Source of the DNA: Callorhinchus milii
Taxonomy: Eukaryota
Length of the DNA: 64,000 nucleotides
Direction of reading: 5' to 3'
Assembly (NCBI RefSeq): GCF_018977255.1
Contig: NW_024704742.1
Location: 74,650,001 to 74,714,000 of the forward strand
The notes beneath the pieces were generated by a model. That model saw nothing but the letters and a program-made list of their open reading frames with translations. It did not search any database and was not told where the DNA came from. Positions 13,387 to 26,544 of this stretch are shown here, piece by piece. A program made the translations under genes and the position numbers. Numbering within the stretch: position 1 is the stretch's first letter; each line of letters starts with the position of its first letter.

Positions 13387-13486
13387 GTTTAATCACTGCT
13401 TATAGCTCATTCCTCTAACTCTCACGATGGAATTATCATTGGTTTGTTATAACACTCACTGTTTCTTTTTGTGAACAGTTACAGCA

Positions 13487-13811
13487 ATGAATGAAGAATT
13501 GGATCAGAATACTTCATTACAAGAGTCTCACTGGCGATATTTGAATGGATCATCTTCCTACGCATATCGGAGCAACATAACATATCTTCCCTTTTACCAG
13601 CATTCTCATTCCATTGCAACAGTGTTTATAGTCTCCTACCTGATAATCTTCCTCCTCTGTATGCTGGGTAATGGGCTGGTATGTTTTATAGTGCTCAGGA
13701 ACAGGCACATGCACACAGTTACCAACCTCTTCATCCTTAACCTCGCTGTTAGTGATCTTCTTGTGGGTCTATTTTGTATGCCTACAACTCTTGTGGATAA
13801 CATCCTGACAG
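13487..13811 (+). CDS. NPFFR2: Neuropeptide FF receptor (NPFFR2-like), coding exon 1 (N-terminus, TM1-TM2)
   Basis: MNEE...GNGLVCFIVLRNRHMHTVTNLFILNLAVSDLLVGLFCMPTTLVDN; upstream acceptor tttttgtgaacag; phase-1 donor G|gtaggt. Confidence 0.93.
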
Positions 13812-14061
13812 GTAGGTACAAAAAGTACAACCCTTCAACAAGTAAGTGTGAAATTTACAAAGAAAAGGATCGGTTGTTCATTGCATAATAAATCCTTTTC
13901 ATTGGTTGTTAATTATAACATTAGGAATACCTGTAATTTCATGCATTGAGAGATAGCTTACACTTAGCATAGTGGATCCCATTGTTTTGGATCTATTCCC
14001 CAAAAAGCCGATTTTGAGAGGAGAAAGAGTGGAAGATTGTTCCTACTGATTGATAAACAGG

Positions 14062-14517
14062 TGTCAGCCTGCCTCAGTTAGTAGCACTCCAACCTCCAAG
14101 TCAGAAGATTGTAGCTTCAAGCCCCAAGTCAGGGCTTTGAACTTACAGTCACAATCTGACACTCTGATCCAGTCCACGGGAGGACGGGGGGGAAAGGGTG
14201 CTACATTGTTGGAAGTACCATCTTTCAGATGAGATGTTAAATCAAGGTCCTGTCTGCCTGTTTATATGGATGTTAAAGATCCCATGGCACATTTGAAAAG
14301 AGAAGAGTTTCTTCTGGTTTCCTGGCCAACATTCCTCAAAATAAAAAGTGGTAATTTACTCTACGGCTGTTTGTGGGACACTGCTGTGTGCAAATTGGGT
14401 ACAACATTTTGCTCACAGGATATACAGTCAATTCACTTTACAGTATATTCTGTGAAGTGCTTTGAGACATCGAAGATGTGATAAGGTGCTACATCAAATG
14501 TAAGGATTATTATTATA
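14062..14517 (+). mobile_element. Near full-length SacSINE1-like (Deu-domain) SINE
   Basis: tRNA-like head, gatgagatgttaaatcaaggtcctgtctgcc..aaagatcccatggcac Deu-type core, L2-like tail ending (tta)n. Confidence 0.8.
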
Positions 14518-15967
14518 GTCACTACAGCAGTAAAGTGCTGTGGAACCCTTACAGGCATTACGCCGTACTAAAGTGTTTTGCTGAATTCAAGGATTATTAT
14601 TATGAATTATTAAGAAAAGGACATAAAATCAAAGGATCAAGATTTGTCATGCAAAAAAATTCACAGGCAGTTAGAAGATATTTGCTGCTTTTAAACTTTT
14701 TTTAAAAAATTTGGTTGTTGCAAAGCCAAATCAGTCCGAATTGCCAAAGAACAGAAAGTGCAGATTACTAAGGTACTAATGATAGAAGCATGAGGATAGA
14801 AATACTCATTGTTAAAGATTTCTCAGATAACTACCTCATTGATTTTCTAAGGTGCAAACATTTTACATTGTTAATGATTTCCATTGAATTCACCTGGAAC
14901 AATGGAAGTGAAGAAGTAGTGGTCATTCAATCAGTGATGAACCGTGTAGCTCCTTCTTCATTCATGAACAGGTATTTGTATTCTTTTATATTTGGGCAGA
15001 GCATCAGGCTGGTGTATCTTTATTATAACGATGCTCATCAGCTAGGAGATTGCTTTTCTTTCTGTGCAGTGGACCCACTGAGTGTTACTCTTTTATATCA
15101 GAGCTGCAACTTTCATAGAATCGTAGAATCATAGAATCTTACAGCACAGAAGGAGGTCATTCAGCCCAGAGTGCCTGTGTCGGCTGTTTGAAAGAGCTAC
15201 CAACTAATCCCACTCCCCCCCTTACCCCATAACCCTATATTTTTTTCCTTTTGTATACCTCTGCTATCAAATTTGCTTACACCATCCTTTCAGGCAATGC
15301 ATTCCAGACTGTAACAACTCTCTGGTTAAAAAAAAACTCTTCATCTCCCACTTGATTATTTTGCCAATTGCCTTAAATCTGTGTCCCCTGGTTACCGACC
15401 CACCCGACAGGAAAAATCTACTCTATCATAATTTTGAACACCTCTATTAAATCATTCCTCAACCAGCCTCTTTAGTCTCTTCACACAATTGAAGTCCATC
15501 ATCCCTGGTATCATTCTTGTAAATCTCCTCTGAACCTTCTCAAAGGCTAAAGTGTGGTGCCCGGAATTGGACAGAATACTCCACCTGAGGCTTAGCCAGT
15601 GATCTGTAAAGGTTCAACATAACATCCTTGCTTTTATACTCTATGTCTCGATTTATAAAGCCAAGGATCCCATATGCTTTGTCAACTTGTCCTGCCATCT
15701 TCAAAGATTTGTGTACGTGAACGCCCAGGTCTTTCTGTTCCTGCATCCTCTTTAAAATTGTACCATTCACCTTGTGTTATCTCTCTTAATTATTCCTCCC
15801 AAAATACATCATTTCACACTTCTATGCATTAAATTCCATCTGCCATGTGTCTGCCCATTTCACCAGCCTGTCTATGTTCTGCTGCAGTCTGCTACTACTA
15901 TCCTCCTCACTATTTACTACATTTCCAAGTTTTGTGTCATCTGCAAATGTTAAAATTGTGTTCTTTA

Positions 15968-16510
15968 TACAACAGCAAAATTACATTTGTAAAGCACCTT
16001 TCACATCGGGAGGACAGGGGGGGGGGGCAGGGTTGGGATGAGGGAGGGTAGAGTGAGTAGGAGGATAGCTGAAGGTATGGTCAAAAAGCAGGATCTTGAG
16101 TCGTGTCTTGAATGAGGCAAGAGAGGGAGCAAGGTGAAGGGATCTTGGGATAGAGTCCCGAAGAGTGGGGGCAGAGAGGGGGTGAAAACCCAGCTGCCAA
16201 TGGTAGGGTGGATCGAGCTGGAGACCTGGAGCAGGCAGGAGCCTGTTGATAAGGGGTCAGCAGGTCAGAGATGTAAGAGGAGGCAAGGCTGTGGAGGGCC
16301 TTAAAAGTGAGGATGAGGATTTTGAATTCTATCCTCTGAGGGATGGGGAGCCAGTGGAGATGGGCGAGGGTGGGGGTGATGGGGTCCCGGAGGATGGTGT
16401 GGAAGAGGACATGAGCTGCAGAGTTCTGCAGCTTGTTGAGGGAAGAGTTGGGAGGCCGACAAGGAGGGAGTTTCCGCAGTCGAGCCTTGTGGTGACACAT
16501 GCGTGTATGA
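15968..16510 (-). mobile_element. L2 LINE fragment nested in the CR1
   Basis: [27 protein letters not shown]. Confidence 0.85.
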
Positions 16511-17616
16511 GGGTTTTAGGTTTATATCCAAATCCAGGTCATTAATATATATTAAAAAGAACAGTGGTCCTTATACCAACCCCCTTAGGACACAGCTGTA
16601 TACCTCCCTCCAATATGAAAAAACAACCGTTCACCACTACCCTCTGCTTTCTGTCTCCCAGAAAATTTTGGATCCATGCAGCCACTGTACGTTTAATCCC
16701 ATGGGCTTCAGTTTTGCTAGCAAGTCAATTTTGTGGTACTTGTCCACATACACAGCATCAACTGCACTACCTTAATCAACCCTCTTTGTTACTTCAAAGA
16801 ACTCAATCAAGTTAGTCAGACACGATTTGCCTTTAACACATCCATGTTGACTGTCCTTTATTAACCCATGTTTTTCTAAGTGAAAATCAATATTGGTCCA
16901 GATTATGGTCTCTAGAAGTTTCCCCACCACTGGCATTAGGCTGACTGGCCTGCAGTTTATCCCTCTCCCCTTTTTTGAAGAAGGGTGTAACATTTGCAAC
17001 CCTCCAGTCCTCTGGCACCCCTCCCATATCCAAGGAGGATTGAAAGATTGTGGCCAGAGCCTCCACTATTTTCACCCTTGCTTCCCTCAGTAACCTAGGA
17101 TGCATCCCATCCAGGCCAGGTGACTTTTCTATTTTGTGAACTGCCAACCTTTCCAGTACCTCCTCTCTATTTTTAATTTTATCCAATTTCTCTACCCCTC
17201 CTCCTTTACTGTGAAATTGGTAGTATCCTCTTCTTTTGTGAAGACAGATGCAAAAGTATTCATTCACCACTTCAGTCGTGCCCTCTGCCTCCACAAAAAG
17301 TTTTCGTTTTGGTCCCTAATCAGCCCCACCCTTCCTTTGACGATTCTTTTACTCCTAACATGTTTATAAAAGACCTTAGTGTTCCCATTTATGTTACTCA
17401 CTAATCTTTTCTCATAACCTCGTTTTGCCTCTCTTATTTCCTTTTTCAGTTCTCCTCTGCACTTTGTTTCTACTTGATTCTCTACTGTGTTATGATCCTG
17501 ACATTTATCATAAGCTTCCTTTTTTGTTTAATTTTAATCCCTATTTCTTTAGTCATCCAGGGAGCACTTTGGATGCCTTATCTTTCCCCCTCATGGGAAT
17601 GGGTTTTATTCTGTAC

Positions 17617-18705
17617 AACAACAACAACAACAACAAGATTCCATTTATAAAGCGCCTTTCACGTCAGGAGGACGTCCCAAGGCGCTGCACAGTTGGGTCA
17701 TGACCCGAGCAGGGGGGAAATGGTCAGGGGAGGGGAGAGAGCGAGGAGGGGGGAAATGGTCAGGGTGAGGGGAGGGAAGGGAGGGAGCGAGGAGGGGGAA
17801 GAGAGTCGAGAGGGGAGCTGAAGGCTCGGTCAAAGAGAAAGGTTTTGAGACCGGCCTTGAAGGAGGAAAGGGAGGAAGCATGGCGAAGGCACTGGGGGAT
17901 GGAGTTCCAGAGCCTGGGGGCTGAGAGGCTGAAGGCCCGACCACCGATGGTAGGGCGGTTGGGGCGGGGGACGTGGAGCAGACCGGAGCCAGAGGAACGG
18001 AGGGTACGGGCAGGTAGGTAGGGGGATAGTAGGTTGGAGAGGTAGGAGGGAGCAAGGCCGTGAATGGCCTTGTAGGTGAGGATGAGGATCTTGAAATCAA
18101 TCCTCTGGGGGATGGGGAGCCAGTGGAGGCGAGCGAGGGTGGGAGTGATGTGGTCCCGAAGCCTGGTGCGGGACAGTACACGAGCTGCAGAGTTCTGAAT
18201 GACCTGCAGCTTGTGGAGGGAGGTGGCGGGAAGGCCGGCGAGGAGAGAGTTCCCATAGTCCAGCCTTGAGGTGACAAAGGCGTGAACCAGGGTTTCAGCA
18301 GCGTGAGGGGTGAGGTAATGCCGTAGTCTGGCGATGTTCCGGAGGTGATGGAAGGCGGTGCCAGTTGTGGTGCGGATGTGAGGGAGAAAGGACAGCTCAG
18401 GGTCGAACAAAACGCCGAGGTTCCTGACTGGCTTTGAGAGGTGGAGAGTGCAGCCTTGGATGCTGATGGTGTCAGCGCCTGAGGTGCGGAGGCGCTGACG
18501 TGAGCCAATCAGGAGGGCCTCGGTTTTTCGCACGTTGAGCTGAAGAAAGTTGTCTCTCGTCCAGGACTCGATGTCGGACAGGCAGGCTGTCAGGACATCG
18601 GTGATCGTGGAGTTGAGAGTAGAGGAGGAAAGGTAGAGTTGGGTGTCATCCGCATACATGTGGAAGTTAACCCCATGTCTGCGGATGATGTCACCAAGGG
18701 GGAGT
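17617..18705 (-). mobile_element. Young L2 LINE (1.1 kb, ORF2 3' part uninterrupted) nested in the CR1
   Basis: ORF 17760-18749 with YADDTQLY; nearly identical to 9305-10400; (caa)n tail. Confidence 0.95.
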
Positions 18706-19747
18706 ACCAAGGGAGTACCCAAACTATCTGCTCCTTGAAGGCCTCCCATTGCTCGTTTACTGTTTTACCTGCCAATCTTTGTTTCCAATCCATATAGGTT
18801 AATCTCTTTTCAACTCTCTGAAATTAGCCATCATCCAGTTGGGTATCTTCACCTTGGATTGTTCCTTGTCCCTTTCCATAACTAGTCTAAACCTGCTGAT
18901 ATTGTGATCCCTGTTATCCAGATGACACACGCTCCACTTGCCCCACTTCATTCCCCAAGACTAGATCCAGCACTGCTTCCTTCCTTGTTGGGCTGGAAAT
19001 ATACTGATCAAGAAAGTTCTCCTGTACACATTTCAGGAATTCTTCCCCCTCTTTACCCTTTAGACTGTTTGTTTCCCAGTCTATTATTGGATAATTGAAG
19101 GCCCCATTATCACTACTTACTGTTTTTACATCTTTCTGAGATTTGCTCCTCCATCTCCTTCCCATTATTTGATGGTCTATAGTATATACCCAGCAGCGTA
19201 ACAGCTTCTTTTCTGTTCCTTAACTCTAACCAAATAGATCCTGTCTTTGATCACACTAGTTAATCATCCCTTTCCAGGTTGTAACAGTATCTTTGATTAA
19301 TATTGCAACCCCCCTCTTCCTTTATTTCCTTCCCTATCCCTCCTGAATACATTGTTGACAGGAATGTTAAGCTCCCATTCCTGCTCTTGTTTGAGCCAGG
19401 TCTCCGTTATTCCCACTATATCATAACCCCATGTGGCAACTTGTGCTTGCAGCTCACCAATATTATTTGTCACGCTCTGTGCATTTATGTACTCCAAAAA
19501 TCTCTTATTCCACTTTGTTTTATCCCGTGTCTGATCCCTCTTATTTGTGGACGACTCTTTATTTCAAGGCTGTTTGTCTCTTTTAGTCCTCTGTGCACCT
19601 TGTTTCTCCTCTCTGATGTTTAATCCTGGTACCTCTCCCCCTGCCAAATTGGTTTAAACCATCCCCATTTGATGAACAAGTGTGACTTCTGCCTATAGGA
19701 TTAAGTACGATTGTTAATCTACACAGAATTTGAAAGGAACAACTTGC

Positions 19748-20296
19748 ATTGATTTCAAGATCCTCATCCTCACCTACAAGGCCATTCACGGCCTTGCTCC
19801 CTCCTACCTCTCCAACCTACTATCCCCCTACCTACCTGCCCGTACCCTCCGTTCCTCTGGCTCTGGTCTGCTCCACGTCCCCCGCCCCAACCGCCCGACC
19901 ATCGGTCGTCGGGCCTTCAGCCTCTCAGCCCCCAGGCTCTGGAACTCCATCCCCCAGTGCCTTCGTCGCTTCCTCCCTTTCCTCCTTCAAGGCCGGTCTC
20001 AAAACCTTTCTCTTTGACCGTGCCTTCAGCTCCCCTCTCGACTCTCTTCCCCCTCCTCGCTCCCCTCCCTTCCCTCCCCTCCCTCACCCTGACCATTTCC
20101 CCCCTCCTTGCTCCCTCCGTTCCCTCCCCTCACCCTGACCATTTCCCCCCTCCTCTCTCCCTCCCTTCCCTCCCCTCACCCTGACCATTTCCCCCCTTGC
20201 TCGGGTCATGACCCAACTATGCAGCGCCTTGGGACGTCCTCCTGACGTGAAAGGCGCTTTATAAATGGAATCTTGTTGTTGTTGTTGTTGTTGTTG
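19748..20296 (+). mobile_element. Young L2 LINE 3' end, inverted relative to the 17617 copy
   Basis: [25 protein letters not shown], ccctcaccctgaccatttcccc repeats and (ttg)n tail. Confidence 0.95.
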
Positions 20297-20903
20297 CGTG
20301 CTTATAATACTAATACTCCTTGCATTTGATGTAGTGCCTTATCATGTCTTTGAGACGTCTCAAAGTGCTTCACAGAATATTCTGTAAAGTGAATTGACTG
20401 TATATTTTGTGGGCAAAACATCTTATAAAATCTTCACCCACAAAACACACACTCCACGTTGTATACTGTGAAGCAATTTGGGATGTCCTCTGACACGAAA
20501 GGCACTATGACAAATGTAAGGAGTATCATTATTATTGTAAACTTATTTCATCAAAATGTCTCAAAGCCTTCACAGATTCTGTGACTGTCAAACACAACAG
20601 CCATTTGCATCAGTCAGGTCCCCAAAATATTTGAGATCAATGACCAGTTTATCTGGAAGTTTGTTGTTGCCAGGACACTGGGAAACTCCCTTCCCTTGTC
20701 AAATAGTGACATGGAATCTTTAATATTTGCCTAAACAGGTATACATAACCTTTGTTTAATGTGCCCTTTGATAATGCAGTGCTTCCCCAACACTGTACTA
20801 TGTGTCAGATGGACTATGAGTTCAAGTCCTAATGTAGGGCTTGAAACCAAGTAAACATTTGTTTCTCTATGTTAAACAATGTGAAGTGTATTTTGTTTTA
20901 CAG

Positions 20904-21003
20904 GGTGGCCATTTGGAAGTTTTGTATGCAAGATGAGTGGGCTGGTTCAAGGAGTCTCTGTTTCAGCTTCAGTTTTCACATTAGTTGCAATTGCAGTGGA
21001 CAG
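20904..21003 (+). CDS. NPFFR2: NPFF receptor coding exon 2 (ECL1, TM3)
   Basis: ttttgttttacag acceptor; (G)[32 protein letters not shown](R); donor AG|gtaaga; phases 1 and 2 fit the flanking exons. Confidence 0.95.
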
Positions 21004-21526
21004 GTAAGAGAAAGTGAAATAATTTGGTTCCAGGATCAATGAGCTGGCTCCAGTGCTGTGCTGATATTAAACAGCCATTTGTAAATGGTATGGGGTGGGC
21101 AAATAACAATATAAGGAGGGTTTGAACATCAATTCAGCTTACGATAGAATAAGTAAAGAATTTGGAAACAGTGAGCTGCTGCTATAAAGGAAGCCTGTAA
21201 ATAAAAAAACAAAAAAATGCTCAAGATCATGCAGAGGTCTGCAAAAGTATCTCTTACTGATCTGATCCTCCCCAAAATGACCAAGGCTTCTATTTGGAAT
21301 CAAGATCTCAAAACTGACCATTCCTCAGCACTGAACCTATTGTATTTTTCTTCATAATTTGTATTTATAATAGCTGTCAAAAAAGGAAAGGCATTCCATC
21401 AATAGTTTGAAGTAGTCCATTGGGAGAATATTAACATTCATTGCTTCTTCATGCATGCACACCAATTAAATGTATACAGCAGAGGAAATCACCCAAGCAT
21501 TAAACTATGTATTTTTAATTTTACAG

Positions 21527-22388
21527 GTTCAGGTGCATTGTGTACCCTTTCAAACAAAAGCTCGACATAGTCACTGCCACTGTAATCATCGTTGTGATAT
21601 GGGTTTTGGCCGTTTCAATCATGTGTCCTTCTGCTATTATGCTGCAAGTGATTAAATTGCCTGACAATGTTAAAGTGGTCTCCACTACCAGCAACAAAAC
21701 GTATGCTTACTACCAATGCTTTGAAGCATGGCCTAATCAGAAGATGAGAAATATCTATACCACAGTTTTGTTTGCCAACATTTATTTGGCTCCTCTATCA
21801 CTGATTGTTATCATGTATGCAAGGATAGGGATTACACTACTTAAAAGCATTTTGCCTGCTGGTGGAAAACCTGGTCAGGAAAACCAAAATTCTGTACCTA
21901 AGAAGAAGCAAAAGGTAATCAAGATGTTAGCCATTGTAGCATTGCTTTTCACTCTGTCGTGGCTCCCATTGTGGACTCTAATGATGTTATCTGACTATGC
22001 AAGGCTCACCAACAGTCAGTTCAGAGTGATAAATTTCTACATCTATCCGTTTGCACATTGGTTAGCCTTCTTCAATAGTAGTGTCAATCCCATTATCTAT
22101 GGCTATTTCAATAAGAATTTCCGCCGTGGCTTTCAAACTGCTTTCAGGTTTCAGTTGTTCGCCTTCAAAAACAAACGCAGAGAGACCTATTCTCGTACCA
22201 TACCAAACAAAATAATTTTACCAACACTGAATAAAATTGCACAGGATCCGATAACTATAAACACAGAGGATGTTGTTGAGCCTGGCACAAGCAAATCAGT
22301 CAAAAATGAATGTAAATATAATGATGATCTTGTCCTTGAAGAGTTAGACAAAGGCACAAACAATGGTTTGCACAAAGATTTGCTCTAG
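21527..22388 (+). CDS. NPFFR2: NPFF receptor coding exon 3 (DRF motif, TM4-TM7, C-tail); spliced CDS is 1287 nt, 428 aa
   Basis: tttttaattttacag acceptor; YTTVLFANIYLAPLSLIVIMY, LSWLPLWTLMMLSDY, PFAHWLAFFNSSVNPIIYGYFN; TAG at 22386-22388. Confidence 0.95.
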
Positions 22389-22674
22389 AGAGAATGTACA
22401 AAGCAGTTTTTGCTAAAAAAAATTATTGTCAAGCATTCCTTAATTCAGCAATCATATATTTTATATTTACAAAATTTGCCCATCTAAAAATGTATCTCCG
22501 TTCTGCCAGAAATCCCAAGTAATTTCAGCAACAACAAGAACTTGCATTTATATAGCAACCTCCACGCAGGGTAGCATCTCAGAGCACTTAAGTGCTCCAA
22601 GACGTTACCTCACATGAGTGCTCCCTGGGTCAGTATGATTCATTCGGCTCACTAACTGAACTCAATGTTACCCA

Positions 22675-23590
22675 ACAACAACAACAAATTACACTTGTAT
22701 AGCACCCTTCACATTGGAAAGACGTCCCAGGGCGCTGGGCAGTCAGGGTTTTTTGGTTGCGGTCAGGAGGGGTGGAGGATTGTGATTGGTGGTGGCCAAA
22801 AGGTACGGTCGAAGAGGAAGGTCTTCAGATGGGACTTGAAAGAGGCAAGAGAGGGGTGAGGTGGAGGGATTGCGGGATAGAGTTACAACAACAACAAAAT
22901 TACATTTGTATAGCACCTTTCACATCGGCAGGAGCCTGTGAAGTCGGGCAAGAACCTGGTGATTGGTTCACGGAGCCTGGTGCAGGAGAGGACATGAGCT
23001 GCAGAGTTTTGAATAATCTGCAGCTTGTGGAGAGAAGAGTTGCGAAGTCCAGCGAGCAGGCAATTGGTGTAGTTAAGCTGGGATTTGATGAAAGAGTGGA
23101 TCAGGGTCTCAGCGGCCTGCAGTGAGAAGCAGAGGCAGGCAATGTTGCGGAGGTGAGGAAAGGTGGAATGGGTCACGGAATGAATGTGGGGATTGAAGGA
23201 TAGCTGGGGGTCGAAAAGGACATCAAGTTTTCATATTGGCTCAGTGAGGTGAAGAGTGCAGCTATGAACAGTGATAATGTCAGCGACTGAGGTGAGGAGG
23301 TGCTGCTGGGAGCCAAGCAAGAGGGTCAACATTCAGCTGGAGGAAGTTGATTCTCATCCAGGACTTTGTGTGACAGACAATTAGCCAGAACAGTAGTGGT
23401 CCTGGAGTTGAGGGTGGAGGCTGAGAGATAGAGTTGTGTGTCATCCGCATTCATGTGGAAATTGACCGCATGCCTGCGGATGACATCACCGAGCGGGAGC
23501 ATGTATATATGGAAGAGGAGGGGACCAAGAACAGAGCCCTGAGAGATGCAGCACGTGACAGTGTGGGGCTAGAGGAGACGCCATTAATGG
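22675..23590 (-). mobile_element. Decayed L2 LINE(s), subfamily A
   Basis: HLRNIACL..LQIIQNSAAHVLS; two tail segments at about 22675 and about 22885. Confidence 0.8.
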
Positions 23591-24299
23591 ACAGTAATCA
23601 TAAGTTCACAAGAACGGTAATCAAAAGATCAAAAGATTATCTGGATGATGAAGGCCCTTCAGCCCATCCAATTTCAGCCTTCCTGAACACCTACACTACC
23701 ATTCCCTCATCACTGCATCAAGTTGCTTTTTAAGTGAGTCCAGTGTCCTGATCCCAACCACTTTACCTGGCCACCTATTCCAGTCATTGATTACCCTCTG
23801 AGTAAAGTAGTAAGGTTACTTGATGCTAGACTACCTTCTTAACTATTATTTGTCTAAATGACAAAAAAAATCAAAATTTTAAAATTATAGACAAATTATT
23901 TGTGGTACCTTTTTATTCCCTTATTTTCTTCATCTTTTCTAGTTTCAATGTTATTGATACAATTTTCATTACTACAATTTCTTATTTAGTATCTATATTT
24001 CACCCACAAAAATATCAGTCAATTCACTTTACAGTATATTCTGTGAAACGTTTTGAGACGTCTAGAAGGCGTGATAAGGCGCTATATCAAATGCAAGGAT
24101 TATTATTATTTTAACATTTATTTGAGCCCTAACATAACATATAGTTTCCTAATCTATTTGAAAAACTTATTTCATCCAACCGAGTCTTGAGACATTAAAA
24201 ATTGGCCTGGATGTAATTCAATCTCATAATGACTTCAGGCATTTCAATTCACTTACGACCCAGCAAAGTAGGTGCCACCAAAACATGCCTGTTGAATTC

Positions 24300-24690
24300 A
24301 ATTCAAGAGTAACCAAATCAAACTGAGAGTTCCATGCATCCTATACATGAAAATTCCCGAGATAGTTATTGGAATGCATACTTTCTCCCTGGAGCGATGC
24401 TTCCTGCTAAATAAGAGAGTATTAGGTGCAGGTTGGCACCTTAATCCAGGGCTTGGAGACCCCAGAGTATGCATTGGGATACTGCTGGAGTCCAGCCAGC
24501 TAAAAACCCATAGCTTGCCACTATCTGGCAAGCTTTCCCGCTACTCTACCCGTTAGGGCTTTGGTTTGCAGGGCTAACAGGAGTTGAGTGTGGGTTCAGT
24601 TCAACAATTCAAGAGTTGTCACGGAGAGTTAACTCAATTCTGACATTCCATTGTCAAACATGTCACCTTGGAGCCAGTTCAGATCCCAGG
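24300..24690. repeat. Unclassified interspersed repeat, copy 2
   Basis: Shares gtattaggtgcaggttggca, gacccagagt and ctacccgttagggctttgg with 38372-38930. Confidence 0.7.
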
Positions 24691-26544
24691 AGAGGTCCCT
24701 TACCTCTCCCCCCCCCCCCCCCCCCCCCACAAAGAGGATAGACACGAGTTGGTCATTTAACATCTGACAAGTGTGAGTTAAACTCTGACTAGGTGGATGG
24801 AATGTACTTCCGAGTGAGCCAGGAAGTGGTTCACCAAGTTGGTTCGTCAGTCCCCAGAAATTAGTACATGGCAACAATTGTGGAATATAGTGATCATTTC
24901 AAATTCTATACGAAGGGATTTACATGCACATCATATTGCTTAGTGACTGTCTTTATTCATTGTCACATTATCATTAGACACTGTAAGTAAAACATAAATC
25001 AAAAGCAATTCAGGGGTTCGCCGTAGCTATAATAGTCCAGCTAGGTAAACACAAGGTGCTTTCTTGACCTGCAATGAGATGAACAATGTTGTTACCTCGA
25101 GGTAATGTAACATTGTAACCTTTTGCTAATTGCTGGTTTCATGGAGCATAATTGAGAAAATACTTGTGAAAGTTTTGAAAGTCTATTAAATATAAGGTAA
25201 CAATTATAAACCCCTCATAATGTCACCATAATATTCCAGTAATAAAACTACTTATGACTAACTTTATGAGCGTGTGTTGTGGAAGCAATCTGGCACTGAA
25301 CCAACCAAGTTGACAATTATTTCAATGAATTTTCAAGAAAATCCAAGGATTGATATCTATGAAATCAATCATATTGACTTAAATAAATGGGATTAAATTA
25401 ATTTGAACCAAAAAAAAAGCTGAAGCTTGTCAGCAAACCAAGAGTAATGAATATTTAAGTAAGTGCTTTGAAAAATAATTTCTGAGAAAGTCAGCAGCAG
25501 AACAGTTACAAATTGTAAACCAGGAACTACAGTTTTGATGAGAAATTCATCCATTAAGAAATCCTGGTGAAGATTTTTTTGAAAAATATTGAAGTTGTAA
25601 CAAACCTGTTGTATGAAGAAAAAAGCAATACTTTGCCAATTCCACGAAAACACACATAAAACCAAACTTTCATCATACTTATTCAAAGAGTGAAGGGAGT
25701 TTCGCCCAGTGTCCTGTCCAACAATCCTGCAATAAAAATTGGTCACTCACTTCAAGGTCATTGTGGGATATTGTTGTGCTGCGCCTTCAAAATACAATAT
25801 TAACTTCACTAGCTGTGAAGCACTTTAACATATCCTCCCAAGTGAAAGACATTATATGAAATGCAAGGATTATTACTTGTAATTATTATTATGATCATGA
25901 CTGATTACTTTGTTGAGTAGCTGGAAGACACAAGGTTTTCAGAATCTGAAGCTGTCAATAGCTGCTCCAGAACTTTTGCTGCTCAGATCTGCTCAATCAC
26001 ACATGCAGAGCGATGTCATGTGGCAATAACTGAAACTTGTTTATTCTCTTCAAAATATTATTGTACTGATTTATGGTTCTGATTTAAGGAAATATAACTA
26101 AGATGGCTGCTGCATGCACCCATATGTCATTCAATGTAAAATTCTCAATATTACAGATTGACTATCATAAGGTGTTATCATTTCGGTAGATGCTTTCTTG
26201 GTGGATGCTCATTGATAGTTAATAAAGTATCTTAAGCATTTATGCATAAACCTTCCAAGAAGAGTTACTGTCAGTCCAGAAGGACTGGAAGGACCATAAG
26301 GAATAATTAGACTTGTACAAGTAACCTTTATTGTTCTGTTTATTGGATCTTATTTTGTTTGACTGTTGCACATATATGAAATTTACCAGCAGACAAATAA
26401 GACTCTTGCAGCTAAGTGCCACTTATCACAATGAGTCAATTACATTGCTGCTGAAAGAAGAGCAATCTTGAAAAAAATATTTTGTTATGTTTTCTTACTG
26501 CTCCTGCTAGGCTGAACGTACTGACTCTTTGGTGGAGTAAAGAT

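Larger units (their letters stand above)
15113..19660 (-). mobile_element. Long decayed CR1 LINE ORF2 (endonuclease plus RT), interrupted by two L2 copies
   Basis: GITETWL, FNYPIIDW, KSPGLDGMHPRLLRE, CRPVSLMPVVGKLLE, QHGCVKGKSCLTNL, QKDLGVHVHKSLK; (tctatgat)n-type tail at 15113-15137. Confidence 0.9.

Noticed and set aside
13812..13888. ORF read-through after NPFFR exon 1 (likewise 61476-61492 after TNKS exon 1)
   Set aside because: Intronic; homology stops at GT donors
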